Shown here in pieces: positions 18,726-26,621 of a stretch of DNA of 38,398 nucleotides; within the stretch, counting starts at the first letter, position 1, and each line of letters begins with the position of its first letter. Location: positions 1-38,398 of IMG/VR virus record IMGVR_UViG_3300033406_000385; one strand, written 5' to 3'. Position numbers and translations under genes: made by a program. A model generated the notes under the pieces. The model saw only the letters and a list, made by a program, of their open reading frames with translations, ran no database searches and was not told the origin of the DNA. This DNA comes from a virus. Lineage: Duplodnaviria; Caudoviricetes.

Positions 18726-20399
18726 CTAAATTAAATTTAAATAGTCGTTTTTCTTATCTTGTAAAACAACAAACGCATCGATCAGCGCCATTGCACCGTC
18801 AATGCGTTTTCTATTATCTATTCCCTTTACAGGTTGAATGTTGCCGTTTAAGTCAGCCTTGATTTGAAGATTTGATAAATTCCACATATCCATCGGATTA
18901 TTGTTGAAAACAACTTTGTGTGCAGCAAGATCCCCCTTCAACGTTTTCATTGGATAAGACAACGTTTGAATCCCTTGCCTAACTTTAATCATGCTGCCTT
19001 CCCCAAACTCATACACAAATTCTTCAAGTAAAGAATCGTCAATGTGCCAAGGATCAAAACCAATCCAAGGAATATAAACATCATCTTTATCTCGTATTTC
19101 CTTGAACCATTCCAGCACACAACGTTTATCAACTTTATTACCGGCTGTTGTTCGCAATAAGCCTTGTTTTTCCCACAGCACATACGGAACATTATCACGC
19201 TCGCGCCGGTTTCCATCTGCATCCATTCGCCTGAGAACTTCTTCCGGCAGCCAATACATGGATTTTACATAAATTTTATCATCCCCCGGCCGCATGCAAA
19301 GCACTTTCGCGGCCGTAAGGTCCGTTGTTTCAGATGCATCAAAACCACCGATCCCATACCGGAAACCAATTGTTTTAAAATCAAATTCTTCCTGATTGTT
19401 TATTTCATCCCAAGTCAACCAGGCTGCTGCCGAATTTTCCGGCATATTAAAATCTTTGACCATGACGGTTGGCTTAAATGATGGATCACTTTTAGCTTTA
19501 TCAACACATTGTTGTAAAAACTGTATCGACTTGATTGTTCCAAGCCCGGGATTTGCTTTAATCCAACATTCCGGTTTGTCCCACTCTTTTTTATCATCCA
19601 ATTCATAAATGAACGGTAAAAAACGTTCATCTTTAATCTTTTTGTCAAGCACTCCGCAAGCATATTCGTATTGACTGTCAAAAATACAATCACGAACAAA
19701 CCCATTAGTAGTGATACAGAACAAAAGCGGTTGTTGCCGTGAACTCATAGATTGTTTCATCAAATCATAAATATCACGGTTCTTGATTGCAGCCAATTCG
19801 TCAATAGTTACGCCATGAGCATTTAAACCATCCAGGCTGTTGCTGTTACTGGCAAGCGGTTTTAAGATACCCATGTTGTAAGAAAAATATAAATCGCTCA
19901 TACGCTTGCGAATGTGTTTCCGCAGCATAGGCGATTGTTTAACCATCTTGTGACTATATTCAAAACCAATTTTAGCTTGATCCAACATCGTTGCAATGTT
20001 ATAAATCTCTGGTGCGCCTTCTCCGTCGCCCATCAAAAGAAACAGGTTTACCGCGGCAAGTTCGCTTGATTTGCCATTCTTACGGCCTTCAATCGTTAAT
20101 GATTCATTATACTGCCGGAAACCTGTTTCTTTGTGGACAAATCCAAATATGGCCTGAAATTTTGCTTTTTGAAATAATTCCAGTTGTAATGGTGTTCCCA
20201 TTTTGCCTTGTGCTTGCTTGCAAAATGATTCTATAAATTCAATTGGTCTATTTGCCAATTCTTCATTGAAAACCCACGGATCATATTTTTTCGGATTATC
20301 CAGTTTATCCAATAGCAGCGTATAGACTTGCTTAATTCTTCGACAGGCAATAATTTCGCCACGTATAACCTTTCTGGCGTATTCTTCAAGCGCCGTCAT
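18726..20399 (-). CDS. terL: Terminase large subunit
   Basis: Walker A GRKNGKS, Walker B IDE, ITT, W.KANP.LG and RIDG..ALI motifs. Confidence 0.95.
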   Translation of the reverse strand: MTALEEYARKVIRGEIIACRRIKQVYTLLLDKLDNPKKYDPWVFNEELANRPIEFIESFCKQAQGKMGTPLQLELFQKAKFQAIFGFVHKETGFRQYNESLTIEGRKNGKSSELAAVNLFLLMGDGEGAPEIYNIATMLDQAKIGFEYSHKMVKQSPMLRKHIRKRMSDLYFSYNMGILKPLASNSNSLDGLNAHGVTIDELAAIKNRDIYDLMKQSMSSRQQPLLFCITTNGFVRDCIFDSQYEYACGVLDKKIKDERFLPFIYELDDKKEWDKPECWIKANPGLGTIKSIQFLQQCVDKAKSDPSFKPTVMVKDFNMPENSAAAWLTWDEINNQEEFDFKTIGFRYGIGGFDASETTDLTAAKVLCMRPGDDKIYVKSMYWLPEEVLRRMDADGNRRERDNVPYVLWEKQGLLRTTAGNKVDKRCVLEWFKEIRDKDDVYIPWIGFDPWHIDDSLLEEFVYEFGEGSMIKVRQGIQTLSYPMKTLKGDLAAHKVVFNNNPMDMWNLSNLQIKADLNGNIQPVKGIDNRKRIDGAMALIDAFVVLQDKKNDYLNLI

Positions 20400-20403
20400 A
20401 CAA

Positions 20404-20775
20404 TCACCGTTTTTTCACAAAGTTCATTAATTCATCTTCACCACTACTACCGCTGCTTTCATCGTTAGGCAATAAATCCGCTAATTGCTTAATAATGCTT
20501 GCATGATTTTTAATCATGGTATTATAAATTTCAACTTCTGGAGATTTCTTTGTTCCCCATTGATTTTCACCGTTTTGATATTCGCTGATAACACCTTTAC
20601 AGTTTATTTCTTCTTGTAAGTCCTGAAGGGTGACGGCCATAAATGCGGCGTTCTCAATGAGCGATTGAACTGCTTTTTTTGTTGAATCGTTTAACTTTTT
20701 AAATATGATGTTAAGGCGGCGTTTTTCTGTTGCAACTCTTTTTTTCTTATCCAAAATTTCTTCATCTTCCCGCAT
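20404..20775 (-). CDS. terS: Terminase small subunit (P27-like)
   Basis: Directly upstream of terL; LIENAAFM, YQNG.NQ.G.K.SP motifs; SD GAGGTGA. Confidence 0.8.
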   Translation of the reverse strand: MREDEEILDKKKRVATEKRRLNIIFKKLNDSTKKAVQSLIENAAFMAVTLQDLQEEINCKGVISEYQNGENQWGTKKSPEVEIYNTMIKNHASIIKQLADLLPNDESSGSSGEDELMNFVKKR

Positions 20776-20794
20776 ATCATCACCTCACCTTCTA

Positions 20795-20890
20795 ACTACA
20801 CCCCGTCGTACCGGGTTCAGCGCGTGAAAATTGTTGCCCCTCCCCGGTCCCTGTGAATTGTGTCAAAAACGTGAAAATGGGGGGCATCAT
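20795..20890. promoter_or_regulatory. Probable cos/packaging initiation region
   Basis: GC-rich CCCCTCCCCGGTCCC core flanked by CGTGAAAAT direct repeats (20823, 20870) and a G6 run, between HNH and terS. Confidence 0.55.
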
Positions 20891-20932
20891 CCTAAATGAT
20901 AATTGTTATTTGTTATAAGTTTAAATTAATAA

Positions 20933-21223
20933 CTATCGCCTAACTAAGCGTCCATATTCATCAAACATTACATCTTCACGTAACGATCCACACTGTCCAT
21001 GAATTGTATTGTGACATCTCCGGCACAACAACATTAAGTTATCCCAACCTAATGTTATTACTGGATTGTTGATATTCTCAGGCGTAAGCCAAATTTTATG
21101 ATGGACAATTTCACCTAATCCATGACATTCTTCACATAAATGAAAAACAGAACGGGCATAAGCCGCTCTGCATTTAATCCATTGTGCTGAAGCATAGAAC
21201 CTCATAGCAAACTCTTGCGCCAT
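20933..21223 (-). CDS. HNH endonuclease (terminase-associated)
   Basis: FY.S..W, CxxC, VHH, NL..LC..CHN..H motifs; ATG at 21223 (21235 also possible). Confidence 0.92.
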   Translation of the reverse strand: MAQEFAMRFYASAQWIKCRAAYARSVFHLCEECHGLGEIVHHKIWLTPENINNPVITLGWDNLMLLCRRCHNTIHGQCGSLREDVMFDEYGRLVRR

Positions 21224-21224
21224 A

Positions 21225-21251
21225 TCACTGAGCATGATAATTAACTATCAT
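21225..21251 (-). CDS. 8-codon leader ORF MIVNYHAQ upstream of HNH
   Basis: SD GGAGGTGA 5 nt before this ATG; its TGA lies 1 nt before the HNH ATG. Confidence 0.4.
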   Translation of the reverse strand: MIVNYHAQ

Positions 21252-21268
21252 GCAGATCACCTCCGCAT

Positions 21269-21310
21269 AAAAAAGAACCTTTGAACAATGCAGTTCGAAG
21301 GTTCTTTTTT
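21269..21310. terminator. Bidirectional terminator-like hairpin
   Basis: AAAAAAGAACCTTTGAAC...GTTCGAAGGTTCTTTTTT. Confidence 0.75.
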
Positions 21311-21332
21311 ATTCACAATATCAACTGTACTA

Positions 21333-21390
21333 ATTGTACTATGTAATATAACGCATCACAAGTGCGCGTATATTGCATATAATATTGCAT
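21333..21390 (-). promoter_or_regulatory. Putative late promoter with activator-binding repeats
   Basis: -10 TACAAT (21338-21333); four related hexamers ATGCAA/ATGCAA/GCGCAC/ATGCGT at 11-12 bp period where a -35 would be. Confidence 0.55.
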
Positions 21391-21693
21391 TTACTTGACA
21401 ACTTTGTCATTCATATTATTGTCTGACATTATAATTCCAAGTTCTTCTTTAATCGTTCGTTTCAAATCATCAATCTTAACATAACCTGTTTTAATAGAAT
21501 CAAACTGGTCCGTCACCTGATCCAGCAGCCGTGTCAATCGCGCATGACCGAACCCCCATTTGTCATGGAGTATTAAGATCAGCGAAGCATATATGCCGGA
21601 CGTTGCATATTGAATACCTTCATAATACGAAGCTTCCGCAAGCAGTTTGGCACTCTTAGCAGGAACTTTCTTGCGTCTGTCCGCACGGTTCAT
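21391..21693 (-). CDS. Hypothetical phage protein
   Basis: 100-aa ORF with SD GGGGG; LHD.WGFG..RL motif typical of Firmicutes prophage proteins. Confidence 0.7.
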   Translation of the reverse strand: MNRADRRKKVPAKSAKLLAEASYYEGIQYATSGIYASLILILHDKWGFGHARLTRLLDQVTDQFDSIKTGYVKIDDLKRTIKEELGIIMSDNNMNDKVVK

Positions 21694-21705
21694 AGCATCA
21701 ACCCC

Positions 21706-22257
21706 CTAACTAAATAATTCATAGATAACTTCATCACTGAACAATGTAATCTTCAAGGCATTAATCAAGCGGTTTTTATTCCTGGTAATCGTAGAAACAT
21801 CCACTTCAAAATCATCAGCAATTTCCTCCCTGGTTTTTCCGTCAAAATATTTCATCTGAATAATTTCAAAATAAGGATCATCACGTATTTTATCAAGCGC
21901 CGCATCAATGATTGTAATAAACTTTTTCGTTACAACAATGGAAGATTCAATTGATTCAATTTTATCTTCAACTTTTTCATCTTCCGATGGTGTATTAATT
22001 AAACCGCCGTTACCCGACCAGGAAGTAATTGATTTTGATTTCTTTGACAAGCCGATTTCTAGAATTGTTTTTATTTGTTTGCGCTTATCGTCAATGGCTT
22101 CTTTGAAATTATTATAATTGTACAAAAGTCGCTCTGTTTTTTGAAATGGATTTTGCTTATTATCTTTCAATAAACTTTGGCGTTTCAATTCAGAAACAAT
22201 TGCTTTCGCTGTTTCTTCTGATGTTTTAGAAATAAATTCATTTATTTTATCGCTCAT
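21706..22257 (-). CDS. Late transcriptional activator (RinA/ArpU-like, sigma-region-4 HTH)
   Basis: TE.LLY.Y and II.MKYF.G.T.EEIA....V..STI.R motifs; last regulator before packaging genes. Confidence 0.8.
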   Translation of the reverse strand: MSDKINEFISKTSEETAKAIVSELKRQSLLKDNKQNPFQKTERLLYNYNNFKEAIDDKRKQIKTILEIGLSKKSKSITSWSGNGGLINTPSEDEKVEDKIESIESSIVVTKKFITIIDAALDKIRDDPYFEIIQMKYFDGKTREEIADDFEVDVSTITRNKNRLINALKITLFSDEVIYELFS

Positions 22258-22282
22258 GCTCTCACCTCGATTGTAAAATTTT

Positions 22283-22663
22283 AGCGGTTCAAGATACGGT
22301 ACCGGATGATTTAATTTTAACTATGCATCTGGTACCGCTACAAATCTATTAATATCAATGCTTCATAGGTTTTTACTTCCTAGCGGTACCGGATCTAGAT
22401 CGTATTTTTACTATACTTTATTTTTAAGAAACATTACTAAAGTTGTTATGTTTTTTCTCTCTTATATAAAGAAATTAAAATCATCTGGTACCATCTGGTA
22501 CCGCTACCTACAAACACACGCCGTTACTACGTTCATAGCGGTACCAGATTGCAATTGTTATCCGGTACCGTAAACTAAGTTAACATATCAATAAACCCAA
22601 TAATGATGCCGGTTTATTGCGGTACCAGATGATTTTCGATCCGGTACCGTTAACTTGAACCGC
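22283..22663. repeat. Array of 9 GGTACC-core repeats plus 2 variants around an AT-rich centre; probable replication origin
   Basis: GGTACC at 22298, 22331, 22385, 22487, 22497, 22540, 22564, 22621, 22643; consensus RCGGTACCRGAT in both orientations; intergenic. Confidence 0.85.
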
Positions 22664-22691
22664 GAATGAATAAATTCCATAAAATCAACTA

Positions 22692-22892
22692 TTATTTGAA
22701 TTCTTTTCCAGTCGATTTGTTTTTTAATTGAATTCTTTCTATTAGGTCAAAGCCGGCAAGATCAATGATATATTTTAAAATTTTAATTAGAGCATGCGCC
22801 CGTTTTTCGTCTTTCGTGATATTCTTTACTGCTTCATACGCTGTTAAGTCTTTGCAACCACTGCTGTTAAGTCTTGGATTGCGCGGGTTCAT
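22692..22892 (-). CDS. Small hypothetical phage protein
   Basis: 66 aa, N.SG..DLTAY.A and TG.EF motifs; ATGA overlap with thyX stop. Confidence 0.75.
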   Translation of the reverse strand: MNPRNPRLNSSGCKDLTAYEAVKNITKDEKRAHALIKILKYIIDLAGFDLIERIQLKNKSTGKEFK

Positions 22893-23518
22893 GATTGATC
22901 ACCAAGATTATCAAATATGAGCGGGATTTTTGTCTTTACTTCCGCCAGCAACATTGATGCAACTTCTTGCATTTGCGGATGTGCAGCCGGTGCAGTTCGC
23001 AAATTGAAAAAATGTCGCCATTCACGCAAGTTTGCTGTCATAACAATTTCTGTTTTTAAGCTGTTGGGTAAAACCGCCCTGGCCTGTTGTGCGGTTTGAT
23101 CGCTATGTAATAACTGTAAATATGATGCTTCTGCCAATTCACAAGCCATTTTCCAAACATTATACGCTCTCGTTTCTTCTTGCAAATAGCAGGGTTTAAT
23201 TACCGTTATTTCATTGCCAAAATCACCTTTACTATAATTGCAGTACCTGGTTGATTCTTGTGAATAAGAAGCAAGCCTATGCCGAACAATCTCATGACTA
23301 ACCCCACGATCACAAATGAATTTTGCAGTGAATGAAACGTGTTCAAGAACGGACTCATGACCCCGGTTTATAATGTTTTTCACAAAGGATTCAGCCGTTC
23401 CATTAGTAATATTAGCTTCAGACTTATAACATACCCGGCCGCAAAGTTCGATTTTATTCAAAATTGCGGCACCGTCAAGATTGTCCAAAAATTCAACGCT
23501 CGGTCTGATAATTTTCAT
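22889..23518 (-). CDS. thyX: FAD-dependent thymidylate synthase
   Basis: GHESVLEH, SHEIVRHR.ASYSQESTRY, ARAVLP and NLREW.HF..LR motifs. Confidence 0.95.
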   Translation of the reverse strand: MKIIRPSVEFLDNLDGAAILNKIELCGRVCYKSEANITNGTAESFVKNIINRGHESVLEHVSFTAKFICDRGVSHEIVRHRLASYSQESTRYCNYSKGDFGNEITVIKPCYLQEETRAYNVWKMACELAEASYLQLLHSDQTAQQARAVLPNSLKTEIVMTANLREWRHFFNLRTAPAAHPQMQEVASMLLAEVKTKIPLIFDNLGDQS

Positions 23519-23649
23519 TTTATATCCGTTCCTTTCGTTTCAATTTTTTCGGCGCCACATTTAGTGAGATTATTTTTTTCGCAATCTATACAACAGGTAT
23601 GAGTTTTATTGTAATGGCAAGTTGGTGCTGGGCATTTATATTTATTCAT
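23515..23649 (-). CDS. 44-aa Cys-rich protein (not in ORF track)
   Basis: MNKYKCPAPTCHYNKTHTCCIDCEKNNLTKCGAEKIETKGTDIK; overlaps both neighbours, ATGA-coupled to thyX. Confidence 0.6.
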   Translation of the reverse strand: MNKYKCPAPTCHYNKTHTCCIDCEKNNLTKCGAEKIETKGTDIK

Positions 23650-23791
23650 GATTATCTCTTCTTTCTAAATTATAATAACGCTTCGAATGATTATTATGGT
23701 ATTGCGGATCCCGGGCGGCCACGCATAACGCTGTGACTAACACACCTAAACAACCACCAATACCAGCTGCTATAGCATGGGTAACAATCAT
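23642..23791 (-). CDS. Small single-TM protein (DUF3789-like)
   Basis: MIVTHAIAAGIGGCLGVLVTALCVAAR...; 3' part of track ORF 23642..23992. Confidence 0.55.
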   Translation of the reverse strand: MIVTHAIAAGIGGCLGVLVTALCVAARDPQYHNNHSKRYYNLERRDNHE

Positions 23792-23807
23792 CAGTACCGG
23801 AAGATTG

Positions 23808-24146
23808 TCAATCCATTCGAAAACCTGCAGCAATGCTGACACATCCCTTAAATTGAATAGGAATATGCCGGCACCAGGCAAAGTCAATTTCTGCACGGCA
23901 GCCTTCACAATTACGCCAGTCTCCATAAACATGCATTTCATCAGCCAGCGATAGTAATTCAAAATACATTTGCATACTACGTATAACGTCATATTTTTCT
24001 TGATTTAAAAAACTAAAATTATGTATTGGAGAAAGCGGAACAATGTTTTGATCTTCTGCAACGGCTCTGCGCATAATTTCAGCAATCTTTTCTGTATTTT
24101 CCATTACATTGTCCCTAAGAGGATGAGAAAAATAAATTTTCTTCAT
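23808..24146 (-). CDS. DUF4406-like / nucleoside 2-deoxyribosyltransferase-like protein
   Basis: IYFSHP, P.SPIH, LL..ADE..V.GDW..xEGC..E..FA....IPI pattern. Confidence 0.75.
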   Translation of the reverse strand: MKKIYFSHPLRDNVMENTEKIAEIMRRAVAEDQNIVPLSPIHNFSFLNQEKYDVIRSMQMYFELLSLADEMHVYGDWRNCEGCRAEIDFAWCRHIPIQFKGCVSIAAGFRMD

Positions 24147-24547
24147 GTTTCATCCCCCAATCTTACCGGAATGTCCTGTAATTCAGGATGATGTTTTTCC
24201 ATATGAATGGCAAAGGAAATGTTCCACAGCGCCGCCCGTAAATGTGGTTCGTCTGTCATACCGCGAAGGTAACAAGATAAATGACGAATTCCTGAATCAA
24301 TCAAGCTATGAATTGGAATGCCCTTTTCACAATTCCGTTCACCGTATTTTTCGGCACCCTGTTCACAATGTATGGCAAGCTCATGGATCGCATCCCAGGG
24401 AAGAAGATCATACCTGCCTTTACCTTCGTGCAGATCACGAACCGCACCAGTTTCAAATTGTGTCCGGTTGCCGGAGTCAGCGATTACTGGCGCAGATGGT
24501 GGATTTGTATTCGATATTTTTCGTATTGATCCTCCATGACAATTCAT
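24143..24547 (-). CDS. DUF5664 / dATP-dGTP diphosphohydrolase-domain protein
   Basis: F.TGAVRD...GKGRYDLLP, GA.KYG.RN..KGIP, RHL and E.HL.AA.WN motifs. Confidence 0.85.
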   Translation of the reverse strand: MNCHGGSIRKISNTNPPSAPVIADSGNRTQFETGAVRDLHEGKGRYDLLPWDAIHELAIHCEQGAEKYGERNCEKGIPIHSLIDSGIRHLSCYLRGMTDEPHLRAALWNISFAIHMEKHHPELQDIPVRLGDET

Positions 24548-24687
24548 TTAAACAACCCCCATATTCCATTAATTTCAACATTTACTTTTCCACCAAAGAG
24601 CATGATCAGTAATATGGCCAGCGCAACAATCCACATGAAAGCAACTGATAAGTATTCAACCAATTTATCAATGAACTCCATAAACAT
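24544..24687 (-). CDS. 47-aa membrane protein (not in ORF track)
   Basis: MFMEFIDKLVEYLSVAFMWIVALAILLIMLFGGKVNVEINGIWGLFK; ATGA coupling to the next gene. Confidence 0.6.
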   Translation of the reverse strand: MFMEFIDKLVEYLSVAFMWIVALAILLIMLFGGKVNVEINGIWGLFK

Positions 24688-26572
24688 TATCACCGTCCTT
24701 TTTTATAAAAATCTTGTACTTCTTTCCATCAATTTTTTTTTGCGCTATTTCATAATTAAATCGTTTATTGATTTGCCGTGAAAATTCGATCTTAGACATT
24801 GCCTGCAAACTATTAGTAAGACAATATTCATGATACTTTTTGTACACGTCATTTGTCGGTTCGTTTTCAATGCCATCTTCACCGATTTCTTTGATAAAAC
24901 CGATAATAGGATTGTTGGATTCTTCATATTCCTGAAGTTCGTTTTCCACCCTGGCCGATGTCGTAAACTGGCGGTTTTCTAAAACTCGCTGTAGTCCTTT
25001 GATGCCAATATTTATTAAGTATTCAATTGGTTCAGCTTCCCGCAATTCGTATTTTATATAAGGTCTGTAATCGGGATCGTTTACGCTGAATTTTGCATCA
25101 AAGGGAATAATAATTAACCGTCTTAAAACCGCTCCGGTCTTGTCCTTAATCCTGGGGATATTGTTGGCACTGAATAGCATCTTTGAATAGTTGCTGAAAT
25201 CAAAAGGATTTTGGCCTTTGCGCTCAACATTCATTCTGTCGCCGGTAACTAATTTTTTAAAAACCGCTGCATTGGCAATAAATTCATCACCGATATCATC
25301 ACCAATGTTTGCAAGCTTTCCAAACAGTTCAGCTGTCTTGAACCTATCTCCTAATTCTTTTAGGTCCAATGCAGTGATGTTGTTTTCACCTAACAGCGTT
25401 TTTACCATATCAAGAAAAGTGCTCTTGCCGTTTGACTTGTCACCGATCAGGATGAACGCCTTGCCTAGCTCATTTCTTCTGAACATGCAATAACCAATTA
25501 CTTCTTCAAGCAGCATTCTGATTTGTTCATCGTTGCAAGCTAATTTATTAATAGTTTTATCCGCTAGTTCTGAATATGTTGCAGGATTGTAATTCCAATC
25601 AATCTTGTTCGTTATAATATTCTCATGTGAAAAATCAACAAATGAATTATCAGTAATGTTGTAAACTCCGTTATTGAAAGCAATCAAATTGGCTGCAGAT
25701 GCCGGTACGTTATCCCGAATTAAAATATCCAGGTAACTTAATACTTCAGTCCGTTTCGCTCGGTTCAAGTTTGGAATATGCCGTATCATTTCTGCTTCAA
25801 TTTCTGCCTGCCCGTTAATGTAAATGCCGTTCCTGTATAAATGTAATTGGTTGTTGATCTTGATAATGTGATTATTATTCTTTAAATACGTTGCGAACTT
25901 ATCGAACAGGAACGCCGAACCTTTGAAAAATATTGGCTTTTTAAAAGCATCATCACGCAAGATTGTTTCAATTTCCGATTCTGACAAGGGAACTTTCAGC
26001 ACATATCCGTTGATGATCCTGATTGTTTCCCTGGCTTCTTCAACCGTAAAATCATTGGATTGAAGCGTTAGGATGTAATTGAATAGCGCTTGATTCCGTC
26101 CATCCCCAGCATCCATTTCAAGAAAGTCCATACTTGTTTTTATTGGTGTCAGCCACTTTGGGACTTCTTGAATTTCCGTTTCCGGTACCTCATACAATAT
26201 TTCACGTTCTTTATTGTTAAATTTCAGAATGGAATATGAATTTCGACAGCCAAGTTTAATATCAGATTGAAGGCAGCAAGCCATCTTACATTTTGTTTTG
26301 TTTGATATGACATTTCGATTTTTAAACAAAAAGTGTTTGCCACGTGTGGTCTGATAAACTCGACATTTTAAACCCATATCACTAACAATCTTGAATAATA
26401 TTTCACTTGCTTCAAATTCATCAATATCAATCAGAATTGTTTCATCCGCTAATATGCCGGCAAACTCAGGCAATAATTTGATTTTATCGTAAGTTTTAAA
26501 ATCCGTTCTGTTTTTAATTTTCTCAATACACTGCTTGTTTTTCGTTTCAACGTATCCTTTGAAAAGCTGCAT
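24668..26572 (-). CDS. Primase-helicase (prim-pol + PriCT + D5/P4-family SF3 helicase)
   Basis: IDID, TTRGKHF, GRNQALF, Walker A GDKSNGKST, FKKLVTGD..N.ERK and LRRL motifs. Confidence 0.92.
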   Translation of the reverse strand: MQLFKGYVETKNKQCIEKIKNRTDFKTYDKIKLLPEFAGILADETILIDIDEFEASEILFKIVSDMGLKCRVYQTTRGKHFLFKNRNVISNKTKCKMACCLQSDIKLGCRNSYSILKFNNKEREILYEVPETEIQEVPKWLTPIKTSMDFLEMDAGDGRNQALFNYILTLQSNDFTVEEARETIRIINGYVLKVPLSESEIETILRDDAFKKPIFFKGSAFLFDKFATYLKNNNHIIKINNQLHLYRNGIYINGQAEIEAEMIRHIPNLNRAKRTEVLSYLDILIRDNVPASAANLIAFNNGVYNITDNSFVDFSHENIITNKIDWNYNPATYSELADKTINKLACNDEQIRMLLEEVIGYCMFRRNELGKAFILIGDKSNGKSTFLDMVKTLLGENNITALDLKELGDRFKTAELFGKLANIGDDIGDEFIANAAVFKKLVTGDRMNVERKGQNPFDFSNYSKMLFSANNIPRIKDKTGAVLRRLIIIPFDAKFSVNDPDYRPYIKYELREAEPIEYLINIGIKGLQRVLENRQFTTSARVENELQEYEESNNPIIGFIKEIGEDGIENEPTNDVYKKYHEYCLTNSLQAMSKIEFSRQINKRFNYEIAQKKIDGKKYKIFIKKDGDNVYGVH

Positions 26573-26621
26573 AGCGGTTCACCCCCTTCCTTTAAAAATT
26601 GGTGTGACGTTTACACGATAG

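Noticed and set aside
1572-20236. Many + strand ORFs of 60-175 aa across the structural region
   Set aside because: Antisense shadows of well-supported minus-strand genes, without SDs or recognisable motifs
21232-21253. Palindrome as an additional CI operator
   Set aside because: Half-sites are arranged TGAT...ATCA, the inverse of the ATCA-N7-TGAT operators
22283-22663. GGTACC array as CRISPR, and ORF 22358..22573 as a gene
   Set aside because: Units are only ~12 bp, in mixed orientation and irregularly spaced; the ORF is antisense to the operon, has no SD and is low complexity
23792-23992. 5' extension of track ORF 23642..23992
   Set aside because: Overlaps the DUF4406-like gene out of frame; only the 3' 49 codons look like a real membrane peptide
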